Source of the DNA: Alphaproteobacteria bacterium
Lineage (GTDB): Bacteria; Pseudomonadota; Alphaproteobacteria; Micavibrionales; Micavibrionaceae
Direction of reading: 5' to 3'
Assembly: GCA_003245575.1 (NCBI GenBank)
Contig: QKCR01000081.1
Span: 283-64,282, forward strand
DNA length: 64,000 nt
Part shown: positions 18,071-28,075 of the stretch, one piece after another
Position numbering within the stretch: position 1 is the first letter of the stretch
How the letters are laid out: every line of letters starts with the position of its first letter
Translations under genes and position numbers: made by a program
The notes under the pieces: model-generated
Database searches by the model: none
Told to the model about the DNA's origin: nothing
What the model saw: only the letters and a program-made list of their open reading frames with translations

Positions 18071-18892
18071 ATGGCAGACGAAATCGAAAAATTAACAGAT
18101 ATTGATGTGAATGATGTCGTGGACGCGGCGCAAGGTCAAAAAAAAGACGAGCATCATGAAACTTTGGGTGAAACAGCCAAGACAGTTGTGATTGCCGTGC
18201 TTTTGGCACTTTTGGTCAGAACATTCCTTTATGAGCCGTTCAATATCCCATCAACATCCATGGTTCCTAATCTGCTGGTAGGAGATTATTTATTCATCTC
18301 GAAATATTCCTACGGCTATTCGCGTTATTCTATGCCAATGGGGATCGGCGGATTTGACGGTCGTATCATGGGCAAAGAGCCAGAGCGCGGAGATATTATT
18401 GTCTTTAAATTGCCGAGCGACACACGCGTTGACTATATCAAGCGCGTCATCGGTATGCCCGGTGATACCATCCAGATGATTAACGGGCGTCTCTATATCA
18501 ATGATGAAATTGTCCCGCGTAAAATGGTCGGTATGAAGGAATACAAAAAAGAAATTGCAGGCACGGCCAAGGTTATGGAGTATATCGAAACACTCCCCGG
18601 TGGTGTCACCCACTCGATCTACGAAGAATCTGATTCAGGCCCTCTGGACAACACAATTAAATATACTGTCCCGAAAGGACATTATTTCATGATGGGCGAT
18701 AACCGTGATAACTCACAAGATAGCCGTGTTCAGGATATGGTCGGATATGTTCCGTTCGATAATCTCGAAGGACGCGCCGAATTGATTTTCTTCTCGACCA
18801 ATGGCAGTGCAGGTCTGTTCGAGTTTTGGAAGTGGCCCGGCACAATCCGCTATAATCGGTTGATGAATACGCTCGAGACGAAGAAAGACTAA
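18071..18892 (+). CDS. lepB: Signal peptidase I
   Basis: Catalytic Ser box PSTSMVPNLLVGDYL, the Lys box region, and GDNRDNSQDSR. Confidence 0.95.
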   Translation: MADEIEKLTDIDVNDVVDAAQGQKKDEHHETLGETAKTVVIAVLLALLVRTFLYEPFNIPSTSMVPNLLVGDYLFISKYSYGYSRYSMPMGIGGFDGRIMGKEPERGDIIVFKLPSDTRVDYIKRVIGMPGDTIQMINGRLYINDEIVPRKMVGMKEYKKEIAGTAKVMEYIETLPGGVTHSIYEESDSGPLDNTIKYTVPKGHYFMMGDNRDNSQDSRVQDMVGYVPFDNLEGRAELIFFSTNGSAGLFEFWKWPGTIRYNRLMNTLETKKD

Positions 18893-18897
18893 ACAAA

Positions 18898-19605
18898 ATG
18901 ACGGTAGAAATAGATAAAGATGAAGAGGCGGAGCTGAAACTGAGAGTGTTTCAGGACCGTCTCGGTTATCATTTCAGAGACCGTGATTTATTGATCAATG
19001 CCCTGACCCATGCGAGTACAGGCGAAGACAAGAACTACGAACGGATGGAATTTCTGGGTGATCGTGTTCTGGGGCTTGTAATTGCAGAAATTCTCTATCG
19101 CTGCTTCCCGTATGAAAATGAAGGCGCCTTGGCACGTCGTCATTCGGCTTTGGCATGTACACAAACTTTGGCCAAGATTGCGCTTGATCTTGAAGTCCAT
19201 GAAATCCTGCGCGCAACGGTCTCAGATAAATCTACAGGAAACAACAAGCAGGAAAATATTCTGGCTGATTGCATGGAAGCAATTATCGGCGCTATTTTCC
19301 TCGATTTCGGATATGTCCCGTGCCAGGAAGTGATTACCTCGCTCTGGGGAGATAAAATTTACACGTTGATGCAGCCTCCTATCGACTCCAAAACTGCATT
19401 GCAGGAATGGGCGCAAGCGAGAAAACTCCCGATTCCGAATTATGAGGTTGTATCTCGTGAAGGGCCGGACCACGCCCCGGTCTTTACTGTACGTGTCAGC
19501 GTGAATGGATATGATCCTGAAATGGCAATTGGAAACTCAAAACGCAACGCAGAAAAAGTAGCAGCGCAGGCTCTCTATGACAAACTGCAAAAACTTGCAG
19601 GCTAG
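18898..19605 (+). CDS. rnc: Ribonuclease III
   Basis: Signature ERMEFLGDRVLGLVIAE plus a C-terminal dsRBD. Confidence 0.95.
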   Translation: MTVEIDKDEEAELKLRVFQDRLGYHFRDRDLLINALTHASTGEDKNYERMEFLGDRVLGLVIAEILYRCFPYENEGALARRHSALACTQTLAKIALDLEVHEILRATVSDKSTGNNKQENILADCMEAIIGAIFLDFGYVPCQEVITSLWGDKIYTLMQPPIDSKTALQEWAQARKLPIPNYEVVSREGPDHAPVFTVRVSVNGYDPEMAIGNSKRNAEKVAAQALYDKLQKLAG

Positions 19606-19608
19606 GCT

Positions 19609-20523
19609 ATGACTGAACAAAACACACAGAAATGCGGATATGTAGCCGTTATCGGTGCGCCGAATGCGGGAAAATCCACCCTCGTCAATCAACTCGTCGG
19701 ACAAAAAGTCTCGATCGTATCTCCGAAAGTCCAAACAACACGTAACCGTATCATGGGAATCGTGATCGAAGGGGACTCTCAAGTTATTCTGATAGATACG
19801 CCCGGTCTGTTTAATGCGTCCAGTCGTCTGGAGCGGGCGATGGTATCCGCAGCATGGACCGGCGCAGAAGATGGCGACATGATTGCGTATATTTTTGATG
19901 CCAAAAAAGACAAGCCGAATAAAGGGGATTTGCAAACTATCGAGCGTCTGGCCGACGTTGCAAAATCCAGAACAGTTTTCCTTTTGCTGAATAAAGTTGA
20001 TGCAATTGCAAAACCGAAACTTTTAAAACTTGCAGCGATGATGAATGATCTGTGTCCGTTTGCGGCAACCTTTATGATCTCCGCACAAAAAGGAGATGGT
20101 GTCAAAGACGTTCTCAAAGAATGCATAAAACATATTCCTGAGGGGCCATGGATTTTCGAAGAAGATCAAATCTCTGATATGCCGATGCGATTACTGGCTG
20201 CCGAACTCACACGTGAACAAGTGTTCCTGCAACTGCATGAGGAAGTGCCTTATGAAATCACAGTTGAGAATGAAGTCTGGGAACAATTTGATAACGGTAG
20301 TATCAAGCTTCAACAAACGATTCATGTAACGCGCGACAACCTCAAAGCCATTATTCTCGGGAAAGGCGGTCAGCGTCTTCGTGAGATTGGTATGCGTGCC
20401 CGTAAGGAACTTGAGGAAATGTTAGGTACAACAGTGCATTTAAAGCTGTTTGTGCGTGTAACAGAAAAATGGAAAGACGATCCGCTCTATTATTCGGAGT
20501 GGGGTCTGGATTCCGGTGCATAA
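19609..20523 (+). CDS. era: GTPase Era
   Basis: G1 GAPNAGKST, G3 DTPG, G4 NKVD and a C-terminal KH domain (GKGGQRLREIG). Confidence 0.95.
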   Translation: MTEQNTQKCGYVAVIGAPNAGKSTLVNQLVGQKVSIVSPKVQTTRNRIMGIVIEGDSQVILIDTPGLFNASSRLERAMVSAAWTGAEDGDMIAYIFDAKKDKPNKGDLQTIERLADVAKSRTVFLLLNKVDAIAKPKLLKLAAMMNDLCPFAATFMISAQKGDGVKDVLKECIKHIPEGPWIFEEDQISDMPMRLLAAELTREQVFLQLHEEVPYEITVENEVWEQFDNGSIKLQQTIHVTRDNLKAIILGKGGQRLREIGMRARKELEEMLGTTVHLKLFVRVTEKWKDDPLYYSEWGLDSGA

Positions 20524-20544
20524 CTCCAAAAAAACATTCTAGAA

Positions 20545-20611
20545 AGAATCTGATTCGTTTCGCTGTGGATAAAACACAGAAAACGAATCAGGGATTCTTG
20601 AGCAAGGAATC
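20545..20611. promoter_or_regulatory. Palindromic element with five GANTC sites flanking a perfect DnaA box, upstream of gcrA
   Basis: GANTC sites at 20546, 20552, 20585, 20593 and 20607. The arms AGAATCTGATTCGTTT and AAACGAATCAGGGATTCT form an imperfect inverted repeat. The loop contains TGTGGATAA (20564-20572), which is the reverse complement of TTATCCACA. Confidence 0.5.
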
Positions 20612-20720
20612 ATCCCTTTGATAAGGTACTTCCAGTTCCACGAAATATAGCGACAAAAACCTTTCTTGAATTACACCGAAATCGGAATATTCAAGGGAGC
20701 CATCTGGAGGAGAAAAAGGG

Positions 20721-21248
20721 ATGAGCTGGACAGACGAACGCGTTGCACTTCTCAAAAGACTATGGGGAGAAGGGAAGACAGCAGCGGAAATCGCGAAACT
20801 GATCGGCGGCGTGACACGCAATGCTGTGATCGGTAAAGCCCACCGCCTGAAACTCTCCGGACGTGTATCCCCGATACAGGAAAATTCTGAAGCTGGATCT
20901 GTGGCACGTGCTCCAAGAAAAACTTCAGAGCAACGCACACCACGTGCGCCGAAAGTTTCTAGCCGCGACATTATTGCGCCAATCGTTATGCCGAAAATCG
21001 AAGAAGATTTCTTTGTTGGTGAAGGCGTACAACTGGTTGAATTGAAAGAAGGTATGTGCCGTTGGCCTGTCGGTGATCCAAAGGAAGACGGATTCAAATT
21101 CTGCGGCGGCAAAGCATCCGAAGGCATGACCTACTGCGACCACCATTGCCGTATCGCGTATCAAGTGAATACCAAGTCCAAATTGCGCATCGAGGAATTG
21201 TCCAAAATTGATGCGGATGTGATCCGTAAGAAGGCAAATGCTTCTTAA
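20721..21248 (+). CDS. gcrA: Cell-cycle transcriptional regulator GcrA
   Basis: Canonical N-terminus MSWTDERVALLKRLWGEGKTAAEIAKLIGGVTRNAVIGKAHRL and C-terminal CRWP.GDP...FCG......YC..H. Confidence 0.95.
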   Translation: MSWTDERVALLKRLWGEGKTAAEIAKLIGGVTRNAVIGKAHRLKLSGRVSPIQENSEAGSVARAPRKTSEQRTPRAPKVSSRDIIAPIVMPKIEEDFFVGEGVQLVELKEGMCRWPVGDPKEDGFKFCGGKASEGMTYCDHHCRIAYQVNTKSKLRIEELSKIDADVIRKKANAS

Positions 21249-21274
21249 GTCAGGCTTCTTAAGTTATTGATTTC

Positions 21275-21304
21275 AAAGCCCGCCAGTCAGTGGCGGGTTT
21301 TTTC
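21275..21304 (+). terminator. Rho-independent terminator after gcrA
   Basis: CCCGCCA-gtcag-TGGCGGG followed by TTTTTT. Confidence 0.8.
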
Positions 21305-21360
21305 TTGCCATAAAGCGTATTAGAAATTATGGTAACAAATCTTCCTGAAAGAGGTTTGAA

Positions 21361-21855
21361 ATGGGCAAGAGTAATGATCTGGGTGGTTTTAGAGATATAT
21401 TCGCTAAAAATGCGGCACCAGGCGTGATGACAGCGGCATGCATCCTGACTATGGGTGCGGACGTTGGAAAATATGTCGCCCTTGGATTTATGTTCGGTAA
21501 GGCAGTGAGGTTACTCAAAGAAAAGGATGTTTCATCAATTCCGAACTGTGTTGGTTGGATACAGGCCGTAAATTTTGTAACGCTTGATCAGAACATGATG
21601 GAAATCAGCTCCTTGGCGATGACAGCCAATGTCGTTGCGGCCACTGCGGTTCCTAAAAAAGTTTTTGGGAGGGCAATTGCTGCTTCAATGGCAGCCTTTG
21701 TGGTCAATACCACTGTTATAGGTTATGCCCAAGTCGAGGACTTGAAAGATGTTCAGAAAAAATGCGCGCAAGGGGAGCAAATTGAACGCTACGGAATTAT
21801 GTGCCCCAAAGTAAATTTGGAACCGCCAAAGCAAAAAGCCCCACAATCACCATAA
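21361..21855 (+). CDS. Hypothetical protein (hydrophobic segments)
   Basis: 164-aa ORF with coding-like composition and no recognised motifs. Confidence 0.4.
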   Translation: MGKSNDLGGFRDIFAKNAAPGVMTAACILTMGADVGKYVALGFMFGKAVRLLKEKDVSSIPNCVGWIQAVNFVTLDQNMMEISSLAMTANVVAATAVPKKVFGRAIAASMAAFVVNTTVIGYAQVEDLKDVQKKCAQGEQIERYGIMCPKVNLEPPKQKAPQSP

Positions 21856-21863
21856 AAGACAGA

Positions 21864-22334
21864 TTAACTTCTACGTTTACGTTGGAAGAAGTCTTTAAGG
21901 ATAAGTCCACAAGCCTCCTCCAAAATGCCGCCTACAATATGCGGCTTATGATGGATTTGTGGTTTTGAATAGAGATCGACATCAGATGTAATCCCACCGC
22001 TTTTCGGGTCGCGTGCCCCGAAATAAACAGTCCCGATCCGCGCAAAACTAATAGCTGCGGCACACATTGGACAAGGTTCCAACGTGACATAAAGATCATA
22101 ATCGGGAATACGCTGTGCGCCCTCTCGTAAACAAATCTCGCGGATAACTTCCATTTCGGCATGTGCGCTTGGGTCATGCTTTTCAATCGTTCTGTTTCCG
22201 GCGCGGGCAACAATCTCGCCACTATCGCGGCGAACCAGAATAGCCCCGATTGGGACTTCATCGCGCGCGGCCGCTGCCTGTGCTTCTTCCAAAGCAACAG
22301 TCATCAGGGATTGGTGAAGCTCACTCTTGTGCAT
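21864..22334 (-). CDS. tadA: tRNA adenosine(34) deaminase TadA
   Basis: HAEMEVI and PCPMCAAAI zinc-binding CDA motifs. Confidence 0.93.
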   Translation of the reverse strand: MHKSELHQSLMTVALEEAQAAAARDEVPIGAILVRRDSGEIVARAGNRTIEKHDPSAHAEMEVIREICLREGAQRIPDYDLYVTLEPCPMCAAAISFARIGTVYFGARDPKSGGITSDVDLYSKPQIHHKPHIVGGILEEACGLILKDFFQRKRRS

Positions 22335-22387
22335 ACAGGCTTTGTAATGATAATTTCAAAAAAAAGCAAAGTAGAACGCGAGAGACA

Positions 22388-22930
22388 ATGAGAATTATCG
22401 GCGGGTCATGTCGGGGCCGCCCACTAAAAACCCCGAAAAATCAGGATATTCGCCCGACGACCGATAAAGTTCGTCAGGCAATTTTTAATGCCCTCTATTC
22501 TCGGGGCTCAGTAGTTGATCTGAATATACTGGATGCTTTTTGCGGAACGGGAGCATTGGGGCTGGAAGCTCTCTCTCACGGGGCTGGGCATGTAACCTTT
22601 GCTGACATTTCGCGTACATCTTTGAACCTTGCAAAAGAAAATGCACGTGATCTGGGATTGGAAGATAGGGCGGAATTTATTTCGGGCGATAGTTCGAAAC
22701 TAGGGGTTCGCCAAGATAAAAATCGTACTTTTGATCTGGTGTTTCTGGACCCTCCGTACCGCAAAGGATTGGTCGCAGCAACATTTCAGGCCTTGGAAGC
22801 TGGCAATTGGCTAAGCCAAGATGCATGGCTTGTTATCGAGGCAGAAAAAGAGGCTGACCTTTCAGTATTGGGCCAGCCTGACTTTGATAAGACCTATGGT
22901 GATACGAGGATCGTCTTCGTTCAGAAATAA
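22388..22930 (+). CDS. rsmD: 16S rRNA (guanine966-N2)-methyltransferase RsmD
   Basis: ATG at 22388 gives MRIIGGSCRGRPLKTP...IRPTTDKVRQAIFN, plus the FLDPPY motif. The longer track ORF start overlaps tadA. Confidence 0.88.
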   Translation: MRIIGGSCRGRPLKTPKNQDIRPTTDKVRQAIFNALYSRGSVVDLNILDAFCGTGALGLEALSHGAGHVTFADISRTSLNLAKENARDLGLEDRAEFISGDSSKLGVRQDKNRTFDLVFLDPPYRKGLVAATFQALEAGNWLSQDAWLVIEAEKEADLSVLGQPDFDKTYGDTRIVFVQK

Positions 22931-23745
22931 AGAACCCAAACCAGAATACCACCAAGAATAAGGCGATATATCACATAAGGCATAAACGAGAATTTCGTCA
23001 GTCCTTTCATCATCAGCCAGATCATAGCAATGGCTGTTAGGAAGGAGAGGAAGGCCGCAATGGCGGCATCTGTTGTCAACGTAACATTCTCCATCTTGAA
23101 TAGATCAAGAATGCCTGCAAAGCCGACGGCACTGGTAATCACCATGGCAAGCAACAAAGAAAAGCGTGCAGCCTCAACGCGGTTCATGCCGAGAAAACGT
23201 CCGGAAGTCATTGTAATGCCCGAGCGGGATGTTCCTGGGATCAGCGATAAGCATTGGGCCAAACCGATAATAAGAGTGTCTTTGATCGTGAGGTCGCTGA
23301 CAACACGGTTCGTTTTTCCGACGTAGTCGGCGAGACCAAGCAGCACACCGAAAATAAGGGTCGTCCACATAATAATGTGCGGGTCATACATGACTTCCGG
23401 ATCAACAAATTCGTAGACCACAAATCCGACCGCAATAGCAGGGATGGACCCAAGAACAACAAGTGTCATCAGGCGGGAATCGGCGGTTGACATCAGGGAT
23501 TTGGTTTTGACGACATCCATCAAACCACGCAACATGGCAAAGACTTCATGATAGAAGAAAATCAGGACAGCAAGTAATGTACCGATATGAACGGCAATAT
23601 CCATGAGCCTGTCTTGCTCGGCATTTTGCAGTGACCCGTCTTCAAAAATATTATGAAGCAGCACAAGATGCGCAGATGAGGAAATGGGCAAAAACTCGGT
23701 AATGCCCTGAACAACAGCCAGAATGATGATATGGAAGAGCGTCAT
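22921..23745 (-). CDS. uppP: Undecaprenyl-diphosphate phosphatase (UppP/BacA)
   Basis: MTLFHIIILAVVQGITEFLPISSSAHL and PGTSRSG motifs. The track start at 23763 is a TTG; the ATG at 23745 is preferred. Confidence 0.92.
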   Translation of the reverse strand: MTLFHIIILAVVQGITEFLPISSSAHLVLLHNIFEDGSLQNAEQDRLMDIAVHIGTLLAVLIFFYHEVFAMLRGLMDVVKTKSLMSTADSRLMTLVVLGSIPAIAVGFVVYEFVDPEVMYDPHIIMWTTLIFGVLLGLADYVGKTNRVVSDLTIKDTLIIGLAQCLSLIPGTSRSGITMTSGRFLGMNRVEAARFSLLLAMVITSAVGFAGILDLFKMENVTLTTDAAIAAFLSFLTAIAMIWLMMKGLTKFSFMPYVIYRLILGGILVWVLYF

Positions 23746-23813
23746 GGCGAGAAACTGCACCAATCCATGCGCGAATTCAAGGGGAAAGACAGAAAATATT
23801 TGTTGCGAATGAT

Positions 23814-24368
23814 TTACGGTTTGGTCTGGGCCGTTAGGTGGATTTCAACCCGGATTTCATCGCTGAGACTGGCACTATCCGATGATTTCATGCCTAACCC
23901 GAAAGAGGATCGGTTAAAGCTGAATAAGCCTGAAACTTCAGCAGTTTGACCGTTTGAAGAGAATGTAAACGGGATTTTGATGGGATGGGTTTGACCCAGT
24001 AATGTAAAGTCTCCGGTTATCAGATAGCCGTCCTTAATTTTTTCGAATGACGTAGATTGAAATCCTGCCAGAGGGAAATTTTTAACATCAAGCCATTCTG
24101 CACTGGGTAAAGGGCTATCATATAATGTATCCCCGGTAAGGACACTCGACATATCAAATGTCACAAGCGCACTGGATGCCGTCAAATTTTCCGGATCAAA
24201 GGTAATTTCAGAGTCAAATTTCCCGACATGACCGGTAATCGGGTCTTTTTCGTAAAAGCTATGGAACGTAATTTCGCTTTTGCCTTTGTTAATTTCCCAG
24301 TTCGCTGCATGGGCAGGAAAGGCTGACAAAAACAGGAGTGTGCTCAAGGCAAAAGCTGAACGGATCAT
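23814..24368 (-). CDS. YceI family periplasmic protein
   Basis: Signal peptide, then WEINKGKSEITF....G.F......ITFDP, the pattern typical of YceI-like domains. It is co-oriented with and overlaps the cytochrome b561 gene. Confidence 0.75.
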   Translation of the reverse strand: MIRSAFALSTLLFLSAFPAHAANWEINKGKSEITFHSFYEKDPITGHVGKFDSEITFDPENLTASSALVTFDMSSVLTGDTLYDSPLPSAEWLDVKNFPLAGFQSTSFEKIKDGYLITGDFTLLGQTHPIKIPFTFSSNGQTAEVSGLFSFNRSSFGLGMKSSDSASLSDEIRVEIHLTAQTKP

Positions 24369-24955
24369 GAAGCAACGGTCTCTTTGGCTGATGGAGATTT
24401 TAGAAAAGGTAACATACGGGTCAAAACTGTATCACGGTCGATAATATGGTGTTTCAGGGCCGCACCGACATGCATGGCAATCAGGACAATCGCGATCCAT
24501 GCCAGTGTTTCATGAGCTTCTCCTATAGAATGGGAAATCTCTTTCTTGCTTTCAATGTCGGCAATATTTGCAAGAAACGGAATATGTGGCCATTCAAAAA
24601 GACCGAAGAAGACTGTCGGGTATCCCCGTGCAGAACTTGAAACCATAGCCCATCCGGAAAGCGGCAGAGCCAGCATCAGGAAATATAACCCGAAATGGAC
24701 GGCGTGCGCCGCAAATTTTTCCCACGATTTCATCGTCTCTGGCATGGCAGGCGCCTTATGTGTCAAGCGCCAGAAAATGCGGATTAAGGTAAGTATCAGC
24801 ACAGTCAGGCCTAAGGATTTGTGGATCATATAGGCAGTAAACATCATGCTTTTTGGAAAGTCTTCCATAGTTAATCCCAAAGCCAATAACGCGATAATGG
24901 ATAAGGCGATAAGCCAATGAAGAAGAATAGCAACGCGCGTATAACGATCGGACAT
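24365..24955 (-). CDS. cybB: Cytochrome b561 family protein
   Basis: YTRVAILLHWLIAL and four TM helices with conserved His residues. ATG at 24955 (the track start at 24979 is a TTG). Confidence 0.78.
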   Translation of the reverse strand: MSDRYTRVAILLHWLIALSIIALLALGLTMEDFPKSMMFTAYMIHKSLGLTVLILTLIRIFWRLTHKAPAMPETMKSWEKFAAHAVHFGLYFLMLALPLSGWAMVSSSARGYPTVFFGLFEWPHIPFLANIADIESKKEISHSIGEAHETLAWIAIVLIAMHVGAALKHHIIDRDTVLTRMLPFLKSPSAKETVAS

Positions 24956-25054
24956 AACGGAAGGACCCTGACAAATCAAAAAATCATAAAGAAAACAGAG
25001 AGAAGAAAAACTTCTCTAGCTGTTAACATATATTTGAGGTACTCTAAAATCAAG

Positions 25055-25723
25055 ATGCGCACTCTCTTTCACCTCTGGTTACAACCATTTTCAAGAAAAG
25101 TCCGGATCCTTCTCACAGAGAAAGGGTTGGACTATGATTTGAAGCTCGAAAAAATATGGGAACGGCGCACAGACTTTCTGGCTCTCAACCCTGCCGGGGA
25201 TGTTCCGGTTTTGATAGAAGATGACGGAACGACATTATCGGGAAGTTGGGTCATTTGCGAATATCTCGAAGAAGTCTACCCCCAAAATAACCTTCTGGGT
25301 GCGGATGCTATGCAACGCGCGGAAACGCGCCGTCTTGTGTCATGGTTTGATATAAAATTCTCGCGTGAGGTCACGGACAATCTGGTCGGTGAAAAAATGA
25401 TGAAGCGCATGTTGCATATGGGGGAACCGAACGGTCCGGCCATCCGTGCAGGCCACGCAAATATTCATTACCATCTCGATTACATCAGTTTTTTATGCGA
25501 AAAGCGCAATTGGTTGGCTGGAGATCATTTCTCTCAGGCTGATATTGCGGCGGCTGCGCATTTATCGACGGTTGATTACATCGGAGATGTTCCTTGGGAT
25601 CAACATCCCGGTGCGCGTGAATGGTATGCACGCGTAAAATCACGCCCCAGCTTCCAGGGTATTCTGAGCGATAGAATGCCGGGTCACGCCCCTGCGAAAC
25701 ATTACGGCAACGTGGATTTTTAA
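25055..25723 (+). CDS. Glutathione S-transferase family protein
   Basis: ATG at 25055. The N-terminal thioredoxin-like GST domain is FSRKVRILLTEKGLDYD...LNPAGDVPVLIEDDG..LSGSWVICEYLEE. Confidence 0.8.
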   Translation: MRTLFHLWLQPFSRKVRILLTEKGLDYDLKLEKIWERRTDFLALNPAGDVPVLIEDDGTTLSGSWVICEYLEEVYPQNNLLGADAMQRAETRRLVSWFDIKFSREVTDNLVGEKMMKRMLHMGEPNGPAIRAGHANIHYHLDYISFLCEKRNWLAGDHFSQADIAAAAHLSTVDYIGDVPWDQHPGAREWYARVKSRPSFQGILSDRMPGHAPAKHYGNVDF

Positions 25724-25836
25724 TTTTTTCATATGGATATCCGAAATAGCACTTGTCTTTTTCGCAAGCGCAGCATTAGAATGTCGATCCCCTGAGAGCC
25801 TGCTTTAGGAGCAGGAAAAAGAAGAAAATAAGTAGA

Positions 25837-26820
25837 ATGGGATCTAAAAAGAAATTTTTTTGTTTCGGCTATGGATATACGGCCCACCATATTGGTGAGG
25901 TCCTGAAGAACCTTACTAAAGAAACAACGCAGGAATGGAGCTTGGGCGGAACAACGCGCACCAAGGAAAAACGGACAGCCCTGCGCAACATGGATGTCGA
26001 AGCCTACACATTTGATAGCGATAAGCCTCTGGGTGACTCGTATTCCATGATGGCGGGAACCACACATTTGTTAATATCAACGCCTCCGGACCACGAGGGA
26101 GATATTGTTTTCGAACATCACGCGGAAGACATACTCCATATGATGCCTGATCTGGAATGGGTCGGCTACTTCTCGACAACAGGTGTTTACGGCGATAGAG
26201 ACGGGGCATGGGTTGATGAAACAACTTCGATCCGCCCGTCAACAATTCGCGGGACACGCCGCGCTCGTGCTGAAAGCCAATGGCTGTCCTTATTTGAATC
26301 AGACAGACTCCCGGTTCATATTTTCCGTTTGGCAGGGATATACGGCCCAGGCCGCTGTGCTCTTGACTCGATGCGTAGCGGAATAGCTCGACGAATTATG
26401 AAGCCCGGACATGCGTTTTGTAGGGTTCACGTTGAAGACATTGTCCAGACAGTGATTAACTCCATGCTCAAACCGCATCCGGGCAGTATATATAATGTAG
26501 CCGATGATGAGCCTGCGCCAAGCCATGAGGTCATTGCCTATGCCGCCCGCTTGATGGGAATGGACCCGCCGCCGCTGGTGCGCTTTGAAGACGCGAATTT
26601 GGCTCCGATCACCATCAGTTTCTATTCGGAAAACAAATCTGTCCGGAATGATAAGATCAAAAAAGAACTGGGTGTGTCTTTGAAATACCCCAATTACCGC
26701 AAAGGTCTTGAGGCGTGCCTCAAGCAGGAAAAAGCCTATATAAGCGGTGAAAAACAGGCGCCTTGGGGGAGTGGAGTTGGCCCCGAATATGCCGGACAAC
26801 TGGGAAATAAATCAGCTTAA
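25837..26820 (+). CDS. NAD(P)-binding SDR/epimerase family protein
   Basis: N-terminal Rossmann-type FCFGYGYTA, then ...STTGVYGD..G.WVDE and ...RLAGIYGPGR, typical of atypical SDR epimerase-like proteins. Confidence 0.6.
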   Translation: MGSKKKFFCFGYGYTAHHIGEVLKNLTKETTQEWSLGGTTRTKEKRTALRNMDVEAYTFDSDKPLGDSYSMMAGTTHLLISTPPDHEGDIVFEHHAEDILHMMPDLEWVGYFSTTGVYGDRDGAWVDETTSIRPSTIRGTRRARAESQWLSLFESDRLPVHIFRLAGIYGPGRCALDSMRSGIARRIMKPGHAFCRVHVEDIVQTVINSMLKPHPGSIYNVADDEPAPSHEVIAYAARLMGMDPPPLVRFEDANLAPITISFYSENKSVRNDKIKKELGVSLKYPNYRKGLEACLKQEKAYISGEKQAPWGSGVGPEYAGQLGNKSA

Positions 26821-27037
26821 GTTGCAAAAAGCACGATTATGTTAATTAAGCGTGTTTTTTTTACAACACTTTTTGCCCATATCCGAACCTCTCCCTCCCA
26901 ATATCTTGAAAAAAGGATCGATAAGAGGAATATAGCACTCGTGTCTGTCTGGATTCCTGAAAATCAGCGACACAACGTGTGGACTGGTTCTCTGGAACTT
27001 AGACTACGGAATTCAACACTTATTGGAGGAATATTCC

Positions 27038-28051
27038 ATGAATAAACTTATGCTCGGCGCTGCTGCTGTTGCTTTGTTCGTTGCTGCTACCCCAGCAATG
27101 GCACAAGACGACTCTGGCGTTAAACTGTCCCTCGGTGGTCACTTCAAAGGCTACGTAAACTACTCTAACGAAGACAACGTTCGTGATCTCGACATCCTTC
27201 GTCAAACTGAAGTTCACTTCGGTGGCGAAACCACTTTGGACAACGGCCTGACCGTTGGTGCTCACATCGAGACCGATGCTGACGCTGGCGAAGGTTTTGA
27301 AATCGACGAATCCTATGTGTACTTCTCTGGTACATGGGGTCGTGTAAACTTCGGTGCTGAAGACGGTGCTGCTTACTTGCTGCAAGTTGCTGCTCCTTCT
27401 GCTGACGACAACATCGACGGTATCCGTCAATATATCAGCCCATCTTTGATCGGCGCTGGCGTTGACTACGATAACGATATCAGCACCAAGTCTGATAAAG
27501 TAACCTACTTGTCTCCAGTATTTTCTGGTTTCCAAGCTGGTGTCTCTTTCACTCCTGAAGCTGGTGATGGATCTCGTGCTCTGACAGGTAACTCCCTCGA
27601 AGGTATCCAAGATACTGATGACGTATGGGAATTGGCTGCTCGTTACGAAGGTATGGTTAGCAACGTAGGTGTTATCCTCGGTGCTGGTTATGCTGACGCT
27701 GGCGACGATGCTCAAGAGTGGAACATCGGTGCTGATTTGGATATCGGCGCTTTCGGTTTCGGTGTTGTTTACACAGAAGCTGAATCTGATGCAATCGACA
27801 TGGAATCTGACACATGGGTAGTCGGTGGTGACTACACAGTTGGACCATACAAACTCGGTCTGTCTTACTTGAACAATGATGTAGAACTCGGTTCTACAGA
27901 TGTGTACGATCTTGATCGTTACACCGGTGGTGTTGTTTACACCTATGGTCCAGGTATGACCTTCCGCGGTTCTGTTGCATACTATGACGAGAGCGAATTG
28001 TTCGACGACGATGCAACAACCGTTACAATTGGTACCCAAATCAACTTCTAA
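27038..28051 (+). CDS. Outer-membrane porin (alphaproteobacterial type)
   Basis: GGAGG RBS 8 nt before the ATG at 27038. Signal peptide MNKLMLGAAAVALFVAATPAMAQ, alternating beta-strand pattern rich in G/Y/D/A, and a C-terminal ...GTQINF. Confidence 0.75.
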   Translation: MNKLMLGAAAVALFVAATPAMAQDDSGVKLSLGGHFKGYVNYSNEDNVRDLDILRQTEVHFGGETTLDNGLTVGAHIETDADAGEGFEIDESYVYFSGTWGRVNFGAEDGAAYLLQVAAPSADDNIDGIRQYISPSLIGAGVDYDNDISTKSDKVTYLSPVFSGFQAGVSFTPEAGDGSRALTGNSLEGIQDTDDVWELAARYEGMVSNVGVILGAGYADAGDDAQEWNIGADLDIGAFGFGVVYTEAESDAIDMESDTWVVGGDYTVGPYKLGLSYLNNDVELGSTDVYDLDRYTGGVVYTYGPGMTFRGSVAYYDESELFDDDATTVTIGTQINF

Positions 28052-28075
28052 TCAGAAGTTAAACGGATAAGAATT

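Noticed and set aside
20524-20720. CtrA-type TTAA-N7-TTAA boxes upstream of gcrA
   Set aside because: I looked for them by eye and found none. Only the DnaA box and the GANTC cluster are present.
20588-21127. 179-aa minus-strand ORF
   Set aside because: It is antisense to gcrA, whose translation is canonical.
26839-27045. 68-aa ORF upstream of the porin gene
   Set aside because: It overlaps the porin RBS and start. It is more likely the porin promoter and 5' UTR.
27020-28039. 339-aa minus-strand ORF
   Set aside because: It is an exact antisense shadow of the porin gene. The porin frame has an RBS, a signal peptide, a beta-barrel pattern and a C-terminal Phe. The antisense translation is Val/Thr/Cys-rich nonsense.
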